Assembly (NCBI GenBank): GCA_046563655.1
Contig: CM102289.1
Coordinates: 8,308,001 to 8,372,000 of the forward strand
Source: Yuukianura sp. NJ FZ-2021
Lineage: Eukaryota
DNA: 64,000 bases
Reading direction: 5' to 3'
In this document: positions 1-12,404 of the stretch, piece by piece
How the letters are laid out: the number at the start of each line of letters is the position of its first letter
Position numbering within the stretch: position 1 is the first letter of the stretch
Program-made: the position numbers and the translations under genes
Notes under the pieces: model-generated
The model's input: only the letters and a program-made list of their open reading frames with translations
The model's database searches: none
Told to the model about the DNA's origin: nothing

Positions 1-3000
1 TGTTGAAGGCTTGACGGATTTATCGTGCAAATCACTTTTCCAAATCGAAAACAAAATCTAAATTAAAAACTCACCTAATTTTTTAACTAAATTAGTTTTC
101 GAAGCAACTTTTAAAAAATACTCCAAAAAGATAAAACGATAGAAAATATATAATAAAAAATATATAAAGAAGAATATAATGCGAATACAAAAAATAATAC
201 AAAAAATATATAAAAAATTCAATTGCCTGATGAAACTGAAACTGAATCCTTCTTGACTTACTTCTTTTCAAAAATATTTTAAATTACATTTGGTCTTCAA
301 AATATACATGCATTGATGAATTAATTCTTGGCTGTTGCCTACCTTTCCAGCTACAGATGATGATCATGCACAAATTCCTGTACTATTTAGTTTCCGTTTT
401 GTGTCGACCACATTAACTTTCACTTGATAACATTCAACGGAATATATATGCCACAATTTCTGGAAATACAAATGATTTTTTGCAAAACCAAGAATTTTTT
501 GTCAGATTTTGTGCAACTTTGTATTTTGTAAGTTTGACGATGCAACTTTAGGATGCCACCGCCCACACACAACTACTAACACTAAAAGACGCCACCACCG
601 CACCATCACCAGACTGGTTACAAGTCAAAAGGGTGCTAAACCTGCAAAGTCACTCAATCGTGTAATGTTGTTTTTAGTTGCAAACACAACCGAAACTGTA
701 CAACAATGAAGATAAACTCATACTACTTCAAGCATAGTTTTGCTTAAGATTCATTCAGGAGTTCAAAATAACCAGAGTTTTCTTTTCTCCAATTTCCTTT
801 TTAGTTTCTGTTTTTCTGTTTCCTTACTTTATTGGATGCTACTTAAAATTAAAAAGACTAAGCACTCCTACTTTATTCAACCCTTATTTTTCTTAAAACA
901 CAATAAAATAGTTAGATTGAATTGGAAAAATTAATTTTCCTGTTACTTTCGAATGAAAATAGACTTTTTCCGTTTTAGATTGAGGAGAAAGTGACAGATG
1001 ATGGAGAGGATTGGTCCTTGGGCCATGAATTGAAGGGAAGGAGTCAGGGGAAGACAAGCGAAACTTGGAAAAACCCGGGAGAAGTCAAATGGAGGAAGAT
1101 GTTAGGCGTTAAATAGGAACCATTTTTTATTCTGTCTCCCGCCTTCTCCAAAACTCCCGGGCATCTCCAGGGATTCACGTCCAATTCAACAACAAGATGC
1201 CGTCGATTCCTCATTGTCTTCCCCAATGTTCCACAACATCTCGTTCACTCTCCAATTTCCTTAAGCTAAAGATCCAAATCTCCCGGGTCAGGGGTCACAT
1301 GACCTTCATTGACCAATCCTGAACGTCCTCAAGATTTAATATTAGCGCCAATTTTTAAATTTCAAAATCAATTGATGCGTTCAAATGTGTCCAAATTGCT
1401 TTTCAGAGGTTCAGATGCGGGTGTTTTGCGCAGAAGCAGAACGAATCTTGGCGTGTCAAGGGATGGGGGAGAAGAAAGCAGTTTGAGAACGCCAGGGAAT
1501 TGACGACATTGCATTTTTCCTATTATCCGGGAGGGTATTTAGCTTTACCAGCCTTACCATGGATGGCGGTTTGAAAACTCCCGGGTTTTTTGGCAGATTT
1601 TCGGACCTGGGAACCTGGTGCGGGAGAATTGAATCCAATATCCTCCCCCTTTCCAATTCCCATAAATAAATCTCTTTTATATAAATCGCTTTCCTTCCTC
1701 TTCGTCCATGGCCAACAAAAAAAGTGAAAAAAGAGAGTGATTGAGTAGCTTGTAAGAAGTTTTTTTGGAAAGGAATTTTCATTTCTTCGTTTTTTCTATT
1801 TTTGAAAAGCACAAACTCACACTACCGCTTTCACTTGATTCTAATCCGTCACTTTCTAAAAGACATCCAGCTTAGTAGTTCTGTCTCCGAGTTTTACGCG
1901 CGAAATTTCTACAAATTTGAAAAAAGCTGTTTGTAGCTTTCAATGACAGCAAAAATCTCCGCGTTGAAGATTGATTGCAGCGGTGCTTCATTTTTTAAAA
2001 AGAGTAAATTTTTTAGTAATTGAATCCGGTTTGGGAATTATTTATGATTGAAGATTTTTTTTTGGTAGAAGAAAAGGAAGGCATGAAATGCTTAGTAATT
2101 TTACCAAAGTGAAAAGTCTCCCGCTTTTTTCAAAAGTACTTTTGAGATTCACTTTGGCCATAAATATATTCCAAAATGAGATGATAATGTACTTTTGGTT
2201 GAGTCAAAGTAAAGTGCAATGTATCTTCTCAAAGTAAAAATGCATTTACCCTAACGTTTTTAACGAGAAAAAAAAAGTTCAAGCCAAAAGTACTTTTGGT
2301 GTTTTCAACTTCTTTGAATGAAATTTCCACTTACACTAAAAACTTCAGTTTCCCTTCCGAAATTTTCCGAAATCCGTTTTACACAAATCCTGACTTTTCA
2401 CTTTATTTTTATGCAAATGAAATCCAAACTTTTTCAAATTTATTTCATTTTCATTGAGACGTTTATGTGCATTATCCAGAATACACTCCATGTTTCAAGT
2501 GATTTCCAAATTTCAACTTTCACCAGTGTGAAGTTAAACATCAAGTTTCAGATTTTCATGTTTTTTTGAAAATATTTTGAAAAGTTATGGTATAAGCTTG
2601 AAATCCATAACTTAGCACTTGTTTCCAACATAAGGGAGGGGACCCCCTTCTAACCTTCTAAGCGAAGAGTACTTACCATTTATGGTCTCTTCCGTAACGT
2701 TATGGGCCAGTTAATCAAAATACGCAAGTATCTCCACCCTCACGTCAGAACCGTAAATATGCTTTTTCCTTCTATAGGTTTATGATGAAAGCATTTTAGG
2801 AAAAGTTATCACTTCAAAATAGAAAACAGAGGCACATATCGGAGGAGGCCATTATTGAACTTATGCCCTAACAGCTCTCATTACCATAATCACTCGTTGA
2901 CAGACACACCAAACGTGTGCTCCACTTTCACTTCTTTCACTTTTCATGCCAATTTTCAGCTCTCCCCCACAAATCAACCATAATTCATGCCAATTACAGA

Positions 3001-6000
3001 TTCAAAGAGTGAAAGTTTCCAAAACATGCTAAATTTTCAATGATTGTTCTATTTGCCAAAATCCAAATTGTAGGAGTTTGTACTTTCTCTTTTTAATTGT
3101 GCGGCTTCGTAAACCAATTTTCAGCGATTTGAAACAAAAGAAATTGCTTCACAAACAAAAATTTTGGTGCTACACGTTGAAATTTTTTTTGCCACTACTT
3201 TTCTATATCAGCTTCTCAAGTAAGAGAAAATTTGACGTGGCCGAAGAAAAAAATTTGTAAAAACTCTGAGCTCACAATTTTAATTTCAATAAGAAAAAAT
3301 TGTTAAAAAATTTATTTAAAAAAATTGTTGCATAAACGTTTCAAAAATTTTAACAAAGAGATGTTTCAAACTATCCAAAAGTGCATGTTTGCTTGAAAAA
3401 TTTGTTGTTTTTGAGTAACATTCTTCTTCCGGAAAGTTGAAAAGGTTGGTGTTCGTGTTATTTGAAAGAAAAGTTGGAACTTTCTCTTTGGAGTGCAGTG
3501 ATTTGAAAATATTTGAAGGGCAAGGAGTTTTTGAAACGTGAATAAATTGAAGGTGGGGGACTTTGAGTATCTGATGGTGGCGGGAACGTTTGGTTTGAAA
3601 CTGTCCGATTTCCAATCCAATAAGCTCTGCACTACCTCAGTTCGTATCTTGAAAAAAAGAGAAAGCGAAAAGGGAAATATCAGCATTTCTTCCTGCTTTC
3701 TATTTTACATTTTATATTTTCAGAACACAGTCTTACATAGTTTCTCAACCAGAATGAGTCAACTCCCGCCGCCTTGAAAGTGTGAAACCCTAGTCTGTCC
3801 AGCTTCAGTCCTTAAGAATTCAAGTTAAGAGGGATATAAAGCTACGAAAGATCGGACAGAGAAAGCTCCTTGGGTAGCCTTAGAAAACATAACTTTTTGG
3901 TAGGAGGCTTTGCAAAGCTCGGTTCGAGCGATTCTACCCGGGTTTTTTCTCGCAGCGGGTTTCTAGCCACTGCCACCACCAGCACCAGGAGGCCCCGCTT
4001 GCTTGGTGGATAACAGGCGAGACCGTGGAGAGAGTTGTAGCCACTCGGGTTTCAGACCTGGGAGAGACTGGTTGTCTAAAGGAATTCTGTGTTCATAGGA
4101 TTTCAAAGAAAGTTTTCAAAACTTTTGAAAACAAAGTGCAACTTTTCCGAAATTTCAAAATTTCAGCCTCTTTGCAGAGAAAGCAGAGAAAGTTCTTCTT
4201 CAGCAGCTTCTGCGGTTAAAAGTATGAGTTGATAAATACTGTTCTTAAAAATTTCAACTTTGGTGAAAGTGTGAGTGACAGTAAAAAATATGCTTTGTCT
4301 GGGCCTGAAACTGAGAGCGGTTCGCTTTCTCTTCAAAACGTTCAAACAGAAGTTTTCAAAAACAAACAAAGTGAAATCGCTTGAGCCATTTAGAAAATGA
4401 GGTCAGCGACACCGTGTTATACCAAAAACACATAAGGTTTGATGGGCTGCCTAAACTAAAGTGTGTTCCTTTCACCTTAACTTTGCCTCTCTGTTTGCTT
4501 TTCCATTAAAAAGTGTGTTCAAAATTTTAAAACAAACTTTCAAAATCCAAGGAGAAAGCAATTTACCTAAAAAATTGGACCAACGATCCTGATTGGTTCG
4601 TTTCAGCTTAAAATTTGACGTTAAAGTGACATTTGAGCCTTGTCGTGACTGTTTTCCGGTAAGTCTAAAGCAAAATTAAGTGAAGCATTAAATTCCGTGT
4701 GTCGTTGATGACTTGCCGTGTTTCTAGAAGAAAAAAAAAACCGAATGCTCTACACGTGTAGATGCCCATGTTCAAGATTTTTTTTGAAACAAAGTATATG
4801 ACTTTCTCCGCGTGTGTCGTGTTTAGTTGTTCTAAAAATGATGGATTTGAAAATGACATGCAACAGAACCTAGTCTATAGCAACTTAAAACCTAAAGTAA
4901 AATCTACTCTAACATAGCCTATACCAGGCATAACCAAAAGTAAGCAAGGGTACATTAACCTTATCGTATAACACTATGTTAGGTTAACATTTCGTGTTTC
5001 CGAGGTGTTCTTTCTTCTCAAACGATAAAAAGAGTGAACCCTCAACGTAGGTTTTACTTGTTAATGTTTGACACTCTGTCAGTTTGAGACCAAGTGAGAT
5101 TCGTTTGGATGTGAGACGAACACGCACGAAAATAGTAAGCTTTTGTAGTTACTAACGTCACGGAGAAAGTAATTACTAAGGTGAGTCAATCTACGGAACA
5201 AGTAAGAACTTTGAATTCTTATTTTCCCGGGAATAATTTCGGGGAATTCAAACTTGTCAAATCTCCCGCTTATTTTTTTCATTAAGGGAGTGGAGAGGCG
5301 GGAGCGTGGGAAGGAAACAGGCGGGCATTTTCTGGAACAAGGCAGAAATGAAACGGTTTTCTCCTTTGATCATTTATGAACATCAAATAAATAGACAACT
5401 GCACCCGTCAGAGCCTGAATTCCATTTCAGAGTGAAAGTCCGTCAGAAAGTGAAAAGCGGGGAAAGTGGAACACAAACTTTTCCTTTGTGTTTCGTGTTA
5501 TTTTTGGAATTCATAATTTATGGCCTGCTTCACTCGAAAGATCAACTTCATCGCTGGGCATGAACTTTCACCTCCTCAGGGCATTTCCGAGCTCTTTGAG
5601 TTTCCAAAGTGACTCAATCTGACAAATCTGAAATGCAAAGTGTAGAAGTGAAAGTCAGAATATTAAATGAGACGGAACAAAGAAGAGTGCACAAGGTTTT
5701 GAGGAAAGACAAAAAGCGCCATTTGAATGTTGTTCTGTGTTCTAAAAGTCTAACGATGTAAGTTGATCTTGTCTGTTCTAAAAGCGGAGTCTCAGGTGAG
5801 CATTCCCATCAGTTTGTGTCAAGAACATATAAATTGTGCAGCTCTCCCACTGGCACGTTTCACTTTAAATTGCAGCCCGCTTGTCTCAATTGCAGTGGCT
5901 TTATGCATCTGGAATATTGAACAACGTGTAACCTTATGCGGGCTGGAAAAGTTATTCATCTAAGGCATGTTCCAGAAAAATACAAAAACAACATATTTTA

Positions 6001-6514
6001 CTAATGTTTGTTTTCAAAAAAATGAACCTGCACAAACATGGACTGTAATTTATTGAAAAACTTATAAACTCAAAGTGATGTAGAAAAAAGTGCAGTGTGG
6101 TTCAAAACTCGTTCCGAAACAAAAACTTTTTCATAAATCATAAACTATCCATTTTTCCACGTTTACCGTCATGTCCTTTTCACTAAACAACTTATCCTAA
6201 AAATTTATTATCCATGGTGTACATAACTTCCATTTTGCTTGTTTCGTCTAATTTTGCATAGTTTGATGTTTACGTTTTTTACAAATGGTTGCAGTCAATG
6301 TTTTTTTTTCAAAAACGCAAAAAAAATTTCAAACAAGAATCCTCTTAAGATGAGCAGAAAACACGAACTTGTCGAAAAGTTTGACTAAAAAGGGCCTGCC
6401 CAATAAATTCTTCTCGAAAAAATTTCACCACAACTTTTTGCGAAAAAAAATTTCAGCAGAAATTTTTGCCAAAAAAAAATTTCAGCACAAATTATGCCTC
6501 GAGAAGTGTCGGAC

Positions 6515-6646
6515 GGAAATTTTGGAACCAAAATTTTCGCCGAGAAAGTTTTTGACGGAGAATTTTGAACTAAAATTTTTGGTCGGGAAATTTTGCACGT
6601 AGAATTTTGAGCCGAAACTTTTGCTCGGAAAGTTTTGTCATGGAGA
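6515..6646. repeat. Degenerate ~42-bp tandem repeat (about 3 copies) built from gaa/aaatttt sub-units
   Basis: gaaattttggaaccaaaattttcgccgagaaagtttttgacgga / gaattttgaactaaaatttttggtcgggaaattttgcacgta / gaattttgagccgaaacttttgctcggaaagttttgtcatgga. Confidence 0.55.
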
Positions 6647-9414
6647 TTTTTTTTTTTTGGAAAATTTTTCTACCTAGGAACATATTCCTCTCTCGTCAGT
6701 TGTCAGTTGTCATTTAGGATTGAGCCACTTCCCGTCTTGAGCCAGGATGGTAACTGATTATGATCAAAGTTTGTTCCGAAGTGGCTTCTTGTCTTCCAGG
6801 AAGCTTAAGTTCCTCTGCGTATCGAATGTCTTCCTGGATGGAATGGAGTGCCGTATGGCTTCATTTGACATTTGGAAGTGAGTTGTAAGTGGGCAGGAGT
6901 AGGAAACCTAAGTAGACTTCGTTGGAGGTGGTCTTCCTCGTGTCTTCTAATAATCTTCGTCCTACTTCCACCAGAAAGTGATAGGGCAGGAGAAAGCGTA
7001 GAGGCGACCAGAATTCCAAAGCAGAATTAGGCCTAACATGGTAGGCGGGAGGACAAGATGCTCACTTTCTCTGTGCTTTATGAACAAAAGAAAGTCCATA
7101 AAGAGGGAGACGCGGGAGGGACAAGATGTCTCACACTTTCTCCATGATAATTAAGATTAGCCATTAGGATCAACGTCCTTTAGATTGCAACTTGAGGAAA
7201 TGAAAACTTCCTAAGATTTCAGACTTCAAGAGCCGATTAGGTGGAAATTGTAATCCAAAAACATTTTGGGAATCGTAAAACTCTAGAATCGTAGAATCAT
7301 AGAATCGTTAGGTTGAATGAAACTAACAAAGTCACTTTTATTGTTAGTGAGCAGACAGTTAAATGGGCCACTTAGGAACACTTAAGATCATGATTCCGGA
7401 CCATACTGTAACTTTTTCTGAGGATGCAACAATTAACGTTGCGTTCTAATCGGTAACTGAACAAATTCTGATGCAACTTGCAACAAAAATGTCCGAATAA
7501 CGTCAATTGCTGTAAAAAAAAAACTAAAATGTTTGTGCAGTTGACTGTAACGGAAATTCTAACGAGACTTGAGGGAAAAAAGCTATTTTGGAATTCAAGT
7601 GTAATTTTCGGAATGCATTTTCTGGAAATTTGAAAAACGGAAACCTAGCTTTGGGCATGCAATTCGGTTCGGTTTTAAACAAAACTGAAAAATGATACGC
7701 TGACATTAGCAGTACAACTTGAACGTTTGTTTAGAATTCATTCGTTTGGTGAAAATGTTTCAAACTGTTTGATCTGCTTTTAAAGTTGACTCTTTACCAC
7801 AAACCGAGCTTAGCAAAGCCACATCAAAGGCCTTGATGATGTTCTGTGTAGGACGACATGGAATCTGATCAAAATCAAAGGTAGGAAGCGATTAAAGCAA
7901 ACCAAAGTCAACTCGTGGTTGCTTCTGTTAATTGCTGCCACAAAACAGCGAGACATTCAAAAGCTATCAAAAAGTTCTGAAAACACATAAGCACTTTGAC
8001 AGTTTTCATCCAGAACTTTAAATTACTCAAGTCTTGCGTCAGTGGTCAACGATGCTTCAATTACTCGTTTCATGTTTGTTCACTGAACGCAAACAAATTA
8101 AAAGTTACAGAATTGCAATGTCACTCAAAAACGAATTTTGACATGAAAGACTGACGGAAATTTCGAAATTTTGAAGTTTTCTTCGTCTTTTTTTGCCTTC
8201 TTCTTTTTGCAGTTTCATGCTGTTGCCAGGCATTTGGAACTTTTTCTTTGATAAAATGAGAAAAATTAGCCTTTTCCGGGCTGATGGTATTCAAGTGCCC
8301 GAAAATTTGAAAAGAATGAAACACGCGAAAAAGTTAAAACTTTATTTTTTGTTGTCAAAGTAGAAGCTTTAAGTTGCCATTTTCATTGTAATTTGACAAA
8401 ATTGTGTAATCGGGCGAATCTAAAATTAGGTTTAATTTAGGTTCCAATGAATCTTTTCATTGGCTCAGTGCCTGACAGGCACTCTGCGCAACAGAAACGC
8501 TCCATTTTAAAACAATTCCAACTTTTGCTACTACGTCTAATGCCGGAAAAAGAGATGCATTAGTTTAAGTTGAACGCTCATTTGTGGTTTTTGGCAGGAT
8601 TCAAATAAATGCGCGCGCTCTTAGAACAAAAAAAGACAGGATCAAACCCATTTTGGAGAAAGCAGGCCAAAGGATTTTCGGTTTTTCTGGAAAGCTTAAA
8701 ATTGAATTCTGTAGAGCTAGAAAAGTTTAAGGAAAAGAGGCTTCCAGTGTCACTTTAAAGCGAATTCAGCGCTGCCAAGGACATCCAGGACAATGAAATT
8801 GTTCTTTATGGCCCAACACCCCTTTGTCTTGTCCTCTTAAGCCAAAAGTAATTAAATCAAGAGGCCTACTTTTACTTTCTCCGTGTTCAGTATGCGCGGG
8901 AAAGTCAAGTGTGTACTAAAACATGTAAACAACCTCTCCTCTCATCCATTCTTCCTGAAGCCACAAAATTGTCTTTAGCATTAGCAGGAATGGCGGGAAC
9001 AGGCATTTTGAAGGGAGGCGGGAGAAAGTTAGTTTAAAATTCATCATTAGGCGGCTACAGCGGAAATTAGATTAATGACCTTACACAGAATTTGAATTTG
9101 AGCGGGGTTTCTCTCCTGTTTGAAATTCTCGGTTTTGCACGTTTACATCCTGAACTTACATAAACCTAACCTAAAAGTGAACCAAAAAGCAATTTTGCAT
9201 AGACAAAGTAAAACCAAAGTAATTATTACTTCATTATTTTCGTTTTCCGGAAATAGCTTCTGAAAGTGTTGAATTCTGAAGTTAGCAAGGTCCAATGAAC
9301 TCCGCAGATTCAAATTTCCCGCACCTAATTTGTTTTCCCGCGTGTTTTAAAATTGTGTAATTTTGTGTTTCAGAAAATGAACTCCTCTGTTGATGGCATA
9401 ACGTAGGACGATTA

Positions 9415-12174
9415 ATGAAGATGGAAGTTCGTCCAGGAAAAAGGAGGCGGTGGTGGGGCACGGATTTTTGGTGGGCCGTGGGTCTCGTGGGGCTTTGTGT
9501 TTTTCTCCAACCGACTTCTAGTTTTTGTCCACCGCTGTGTACTTGTGATGACTCTACACTGCTTATCGACTGTCATGAAGCCCGAAATTTGAAAATGGTC
9601 CCAATATTTTTGAATCCGCAGACCAAGTTTCTGAGCTTCTCACAAAACCAAATCAAAGAGATTTCCATGTCACTTCAATTCTACTCGGAATTGCAACTGC
9701 TCGATTTCTCACAGAATCAAATCGAGTCTCTTGGCGGAAACAACTTTGAAAATTTACGAAACTTAAAGGTAAAAGTAGATGCAAGAATTTGAAAGTTCGC
9801 GCGAAGAAAAATCCTACTTTTCCGATCCAATTCATCTGATCAACTTTATTTAAAAAAAAAATACGAAAATTTTTCATAACCTAAGGGTTACTCCAGAATT
9901 GCTCTCAAAATTTCAATAGACACGAACCAAGAAAACCAGAATTTTGACGTGTGAGCAATTTTTTTTTTACAAAAATTCGTAGAAAAAAAATTGTTGTCGA
10001 AAATAAAAATGCTTTGTTGAAATCTCATGAATGCTTTTTTTTTGGAAAAAGTTAACTTTTTTTTTGAATTAAACAAAAAATAAAACTTCATGTACTTGAC
10101 TTTGACAGTTTTTCAGAAATTTTAAGTTTCTGACCATTTTTGAATTTTTTTTTTGTAATATTTTTCATAGGTGCTCAACGTTTCCTACAATTCCATTCGG
10201 ATTCTTGAATCTGGAGCCTTTTCTGGCCTGAGTCAAGCCGTTGTGCTTGACTTGAGTGCCAACCAGATCGAACGGATTGATGCAGCTACCTTCAAGGGCT
10301 TAGGGGGCCTTCGTGACCTCTCTCTGGATCGAAACAGACTTCACTCCCTCGACTGGGATTTGTTCTCTGAACTCCAAGCCTTAGAGAGACTCACACTTCG
10401 GTTCAACTCCATTCGGATCCTCCAACCACCTTTCTCCTACAGACCTTTTCTCAGCACTTTCACCACGGACAATTCAAATAGTCATGGAATGATGAACTCT
10501 AGAAAACGTTGGAGTGAAAGTGAAAAACTTTTGTCATTAACTTTCCCCACTCAACTCAATTCTAGCTCGAGCGAAGGGCCCTGGACCCTTAAGAACGTCC
10601 TTGAACTGGACTTGAGCTGGAATGAATTAGCTGTTGTCCAAAACTTTGGTCTGGCTCCACTCATTGCAAGTCTCAGGACCCTTAACCTCTGCTTCAACAA
10701 GATTCACACGGTAGAAGAACATGCTTTCTCTCCTTTCCCGCCAAATTCAAATTTTCCCGGGAACAATTCCACTACCAGTCAAGTGCTAAAAGTCAAAAGT
10801 GGCCTCACGAGTGTCAATTTGAGTCAAAATAGACTCTCGGCCGTGCCGTCCGAAGCTCTTGAAAAACTTGGTTCCTCTTTAGTCGAACTCGACTTGAGCT
10901 CAAATCGGCTGAGCGATGACCTTGGTGCCGGAGCGTTTCGGACGTTACTTCAACTGCGCAGGGTCAAAGTGTCAGAAAACCCGGGTATTGTCCGAATTGA
11001 CCCAGCAGCGTTTTCGGACAACATCCAACTTGTGACGCTGGAAGCCAATCATCTTCCAAATCTGACAGACTTTCCCCTGGGACTGCTGGCTAATAAACCG
11101 TACTTGGAGAAAGTCTCTGTCCAATTTGCCCAAATTCGAACCCTCCCGCCAGGATTATTTGCAGATCCTGTTTACACTGCCCAAATTGACATCCTTGACC
11201 TCTTTGGAAATCCGATTGACTGCAACTGTTCTATTTGGAAACTACATGAGCATGTTGTTCAAGAAGAGCAAGGGCTCCTAGAGCCCTTTGCTTCACTCCA
11301 AGAGCCTTTACGCCAATCAGAAGCGTCAGACAATAATCAGGATGGCGGGAAAGTGCCAATGGGAAATGTTCAATGCTACTCGCCGCCTAATTTGAAAGAA
11401 TTCAAAATTCGTGACCTCTCCCGCTCAGATTTTGAACACTGTTTTGAACCGCCGCCTTTTTCTCACGACTATTTTGAACTTTTAGTTATTCTTCTAGCAG
11501 TGCTTATTGTATTTTTAATCGTGACGGCCATAATAATCAAAGTTTGTTGCGTCTATCGGTTGTGTCCAAATCAAAAGCGCCAAAAATCTTTAGATTTGGA
11601 TTCAAAAACGACAAAGGAGGGAACGACTTTAGACGAATTTTGCTCAAATGTCGTACTTGGGAACGGTGGATGTGAAAGTGCTTCAGTCTCTACGAGTTGT
11701 ACAAGTGACGCAAAACTTTTGGGCAACGGTGTATGTCACGACTTTACTCCGCCTGTACCACCTTCCCCTGCGTTGTCATCCAGGTCAAAGGTCAACTCTG
11801 GCACAAGGTCAAACGGCAGTCCGCTGTACCACGGTGGTCATCTGCCAGTGTCATACCATAGGTCACCCAGGACGACAACTCTTGGACCACGCATTCCCGT
11901 GCCGTATGACTATGACGACGAAGAGGAACGCTACCATCAGTACATGACAATCAACCATCGTCAACCGCCTCATAGCAATAACAAACTACGCTTCAATCCC
12001 AAGAGACAGCTTGTACTGGACAATGACCCCGAAGGTCACAGAGGTCACGGTCAAGGTCAACAACCTCCGCCATTTCTAGTGCACTACGAATGCGACTATC
12101 CTGCTCCAGACTATCGACGAGGTCATCCCCCTCAACTGCAGCGATACAAACAAATTCCAAGCGTCCTCGTATAA
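9415..12174 (+). CDS. Fili: LRR single-pass transmembrane protein, Fish-lips/tartan/capricious family (2 exons, ~785 aa)
   Basis: Exon 1 is 9415-9768 (donor AAG|GTAAAA) and exon 2 is 10171-12174 (acceptor tttttcatag), with a phase-0 join. The protein has a signal peptide, LRRNT (FCPPLCTCDD..C), many LxxLxLxxNxI repeats, LRRCT (GNPIDCNCSIW...C..P..L), a TM segment (LLVILLAVLIVFLIVTAIII) and a cytoplasmic tail ending SVLV. The segment VPIFLNPQTKFLSFSQNQIKEISMSLQFYSELQLLDFSQNQIESLG resembles Drosophila Fili/Trn/Caps as I recall them. The symbol is a best guess within that family. Confidence 0.9.
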
Positions 12175-12198
12175 TTTTGGCGCCCATTTGTTGTCAAC

Positions 12199-12404
12199 CA
12201 AGGTTTGTTAACAAGAAAGTAGTTTTTTCTTCAACAGGTTAAGCAATAACTCCAACTTTTTAAATTTTGTTAAAAAATTAACAAAACTTTGTTCACCATG
12301 CTATTCTGTAGTCCAATGAAATTGAATGGAAAAAGTGATTTAAAAAAACGTAATTATTGCCTAACCTGTTAAAGAAAAACTAATACGTTGTTATAAGAAC
12401 CTTG
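12199..12404. mobile_element. MITE with CAAGG...CCTTG termini and 8-bp TSD (P- or hAT-like), in the 3' flank/UTR of the LRR gene
   Basis: Imperfect TIRs of ~50 bp (caaggtttgttaacaag...ttcttcaacaggttaagcaataa / ttattgcctaacctgttaaagaaaaa...aagaaccttg). Perfect TSD ttgtcaac at 12191-12198 and 12405-12412. Confidence 0.85.

Noticed and set aside
979..1830. GC-richer patches with short ORFs and splice-like sites on both strands
   Set aside because: No frame gives a recognisable protein or a consistent exon chain. This may be UTR or lncRNA of a gene outside the window.
3963..4075. Possible minus-strand terminal exon (NQSLPGLKPEWLQLSPRSRLLSTKQAGPPGAGGGSG*)
   Set aside because: The acceptor is plausible, but I found no matching upstream exon or donor and no recognisable homology.
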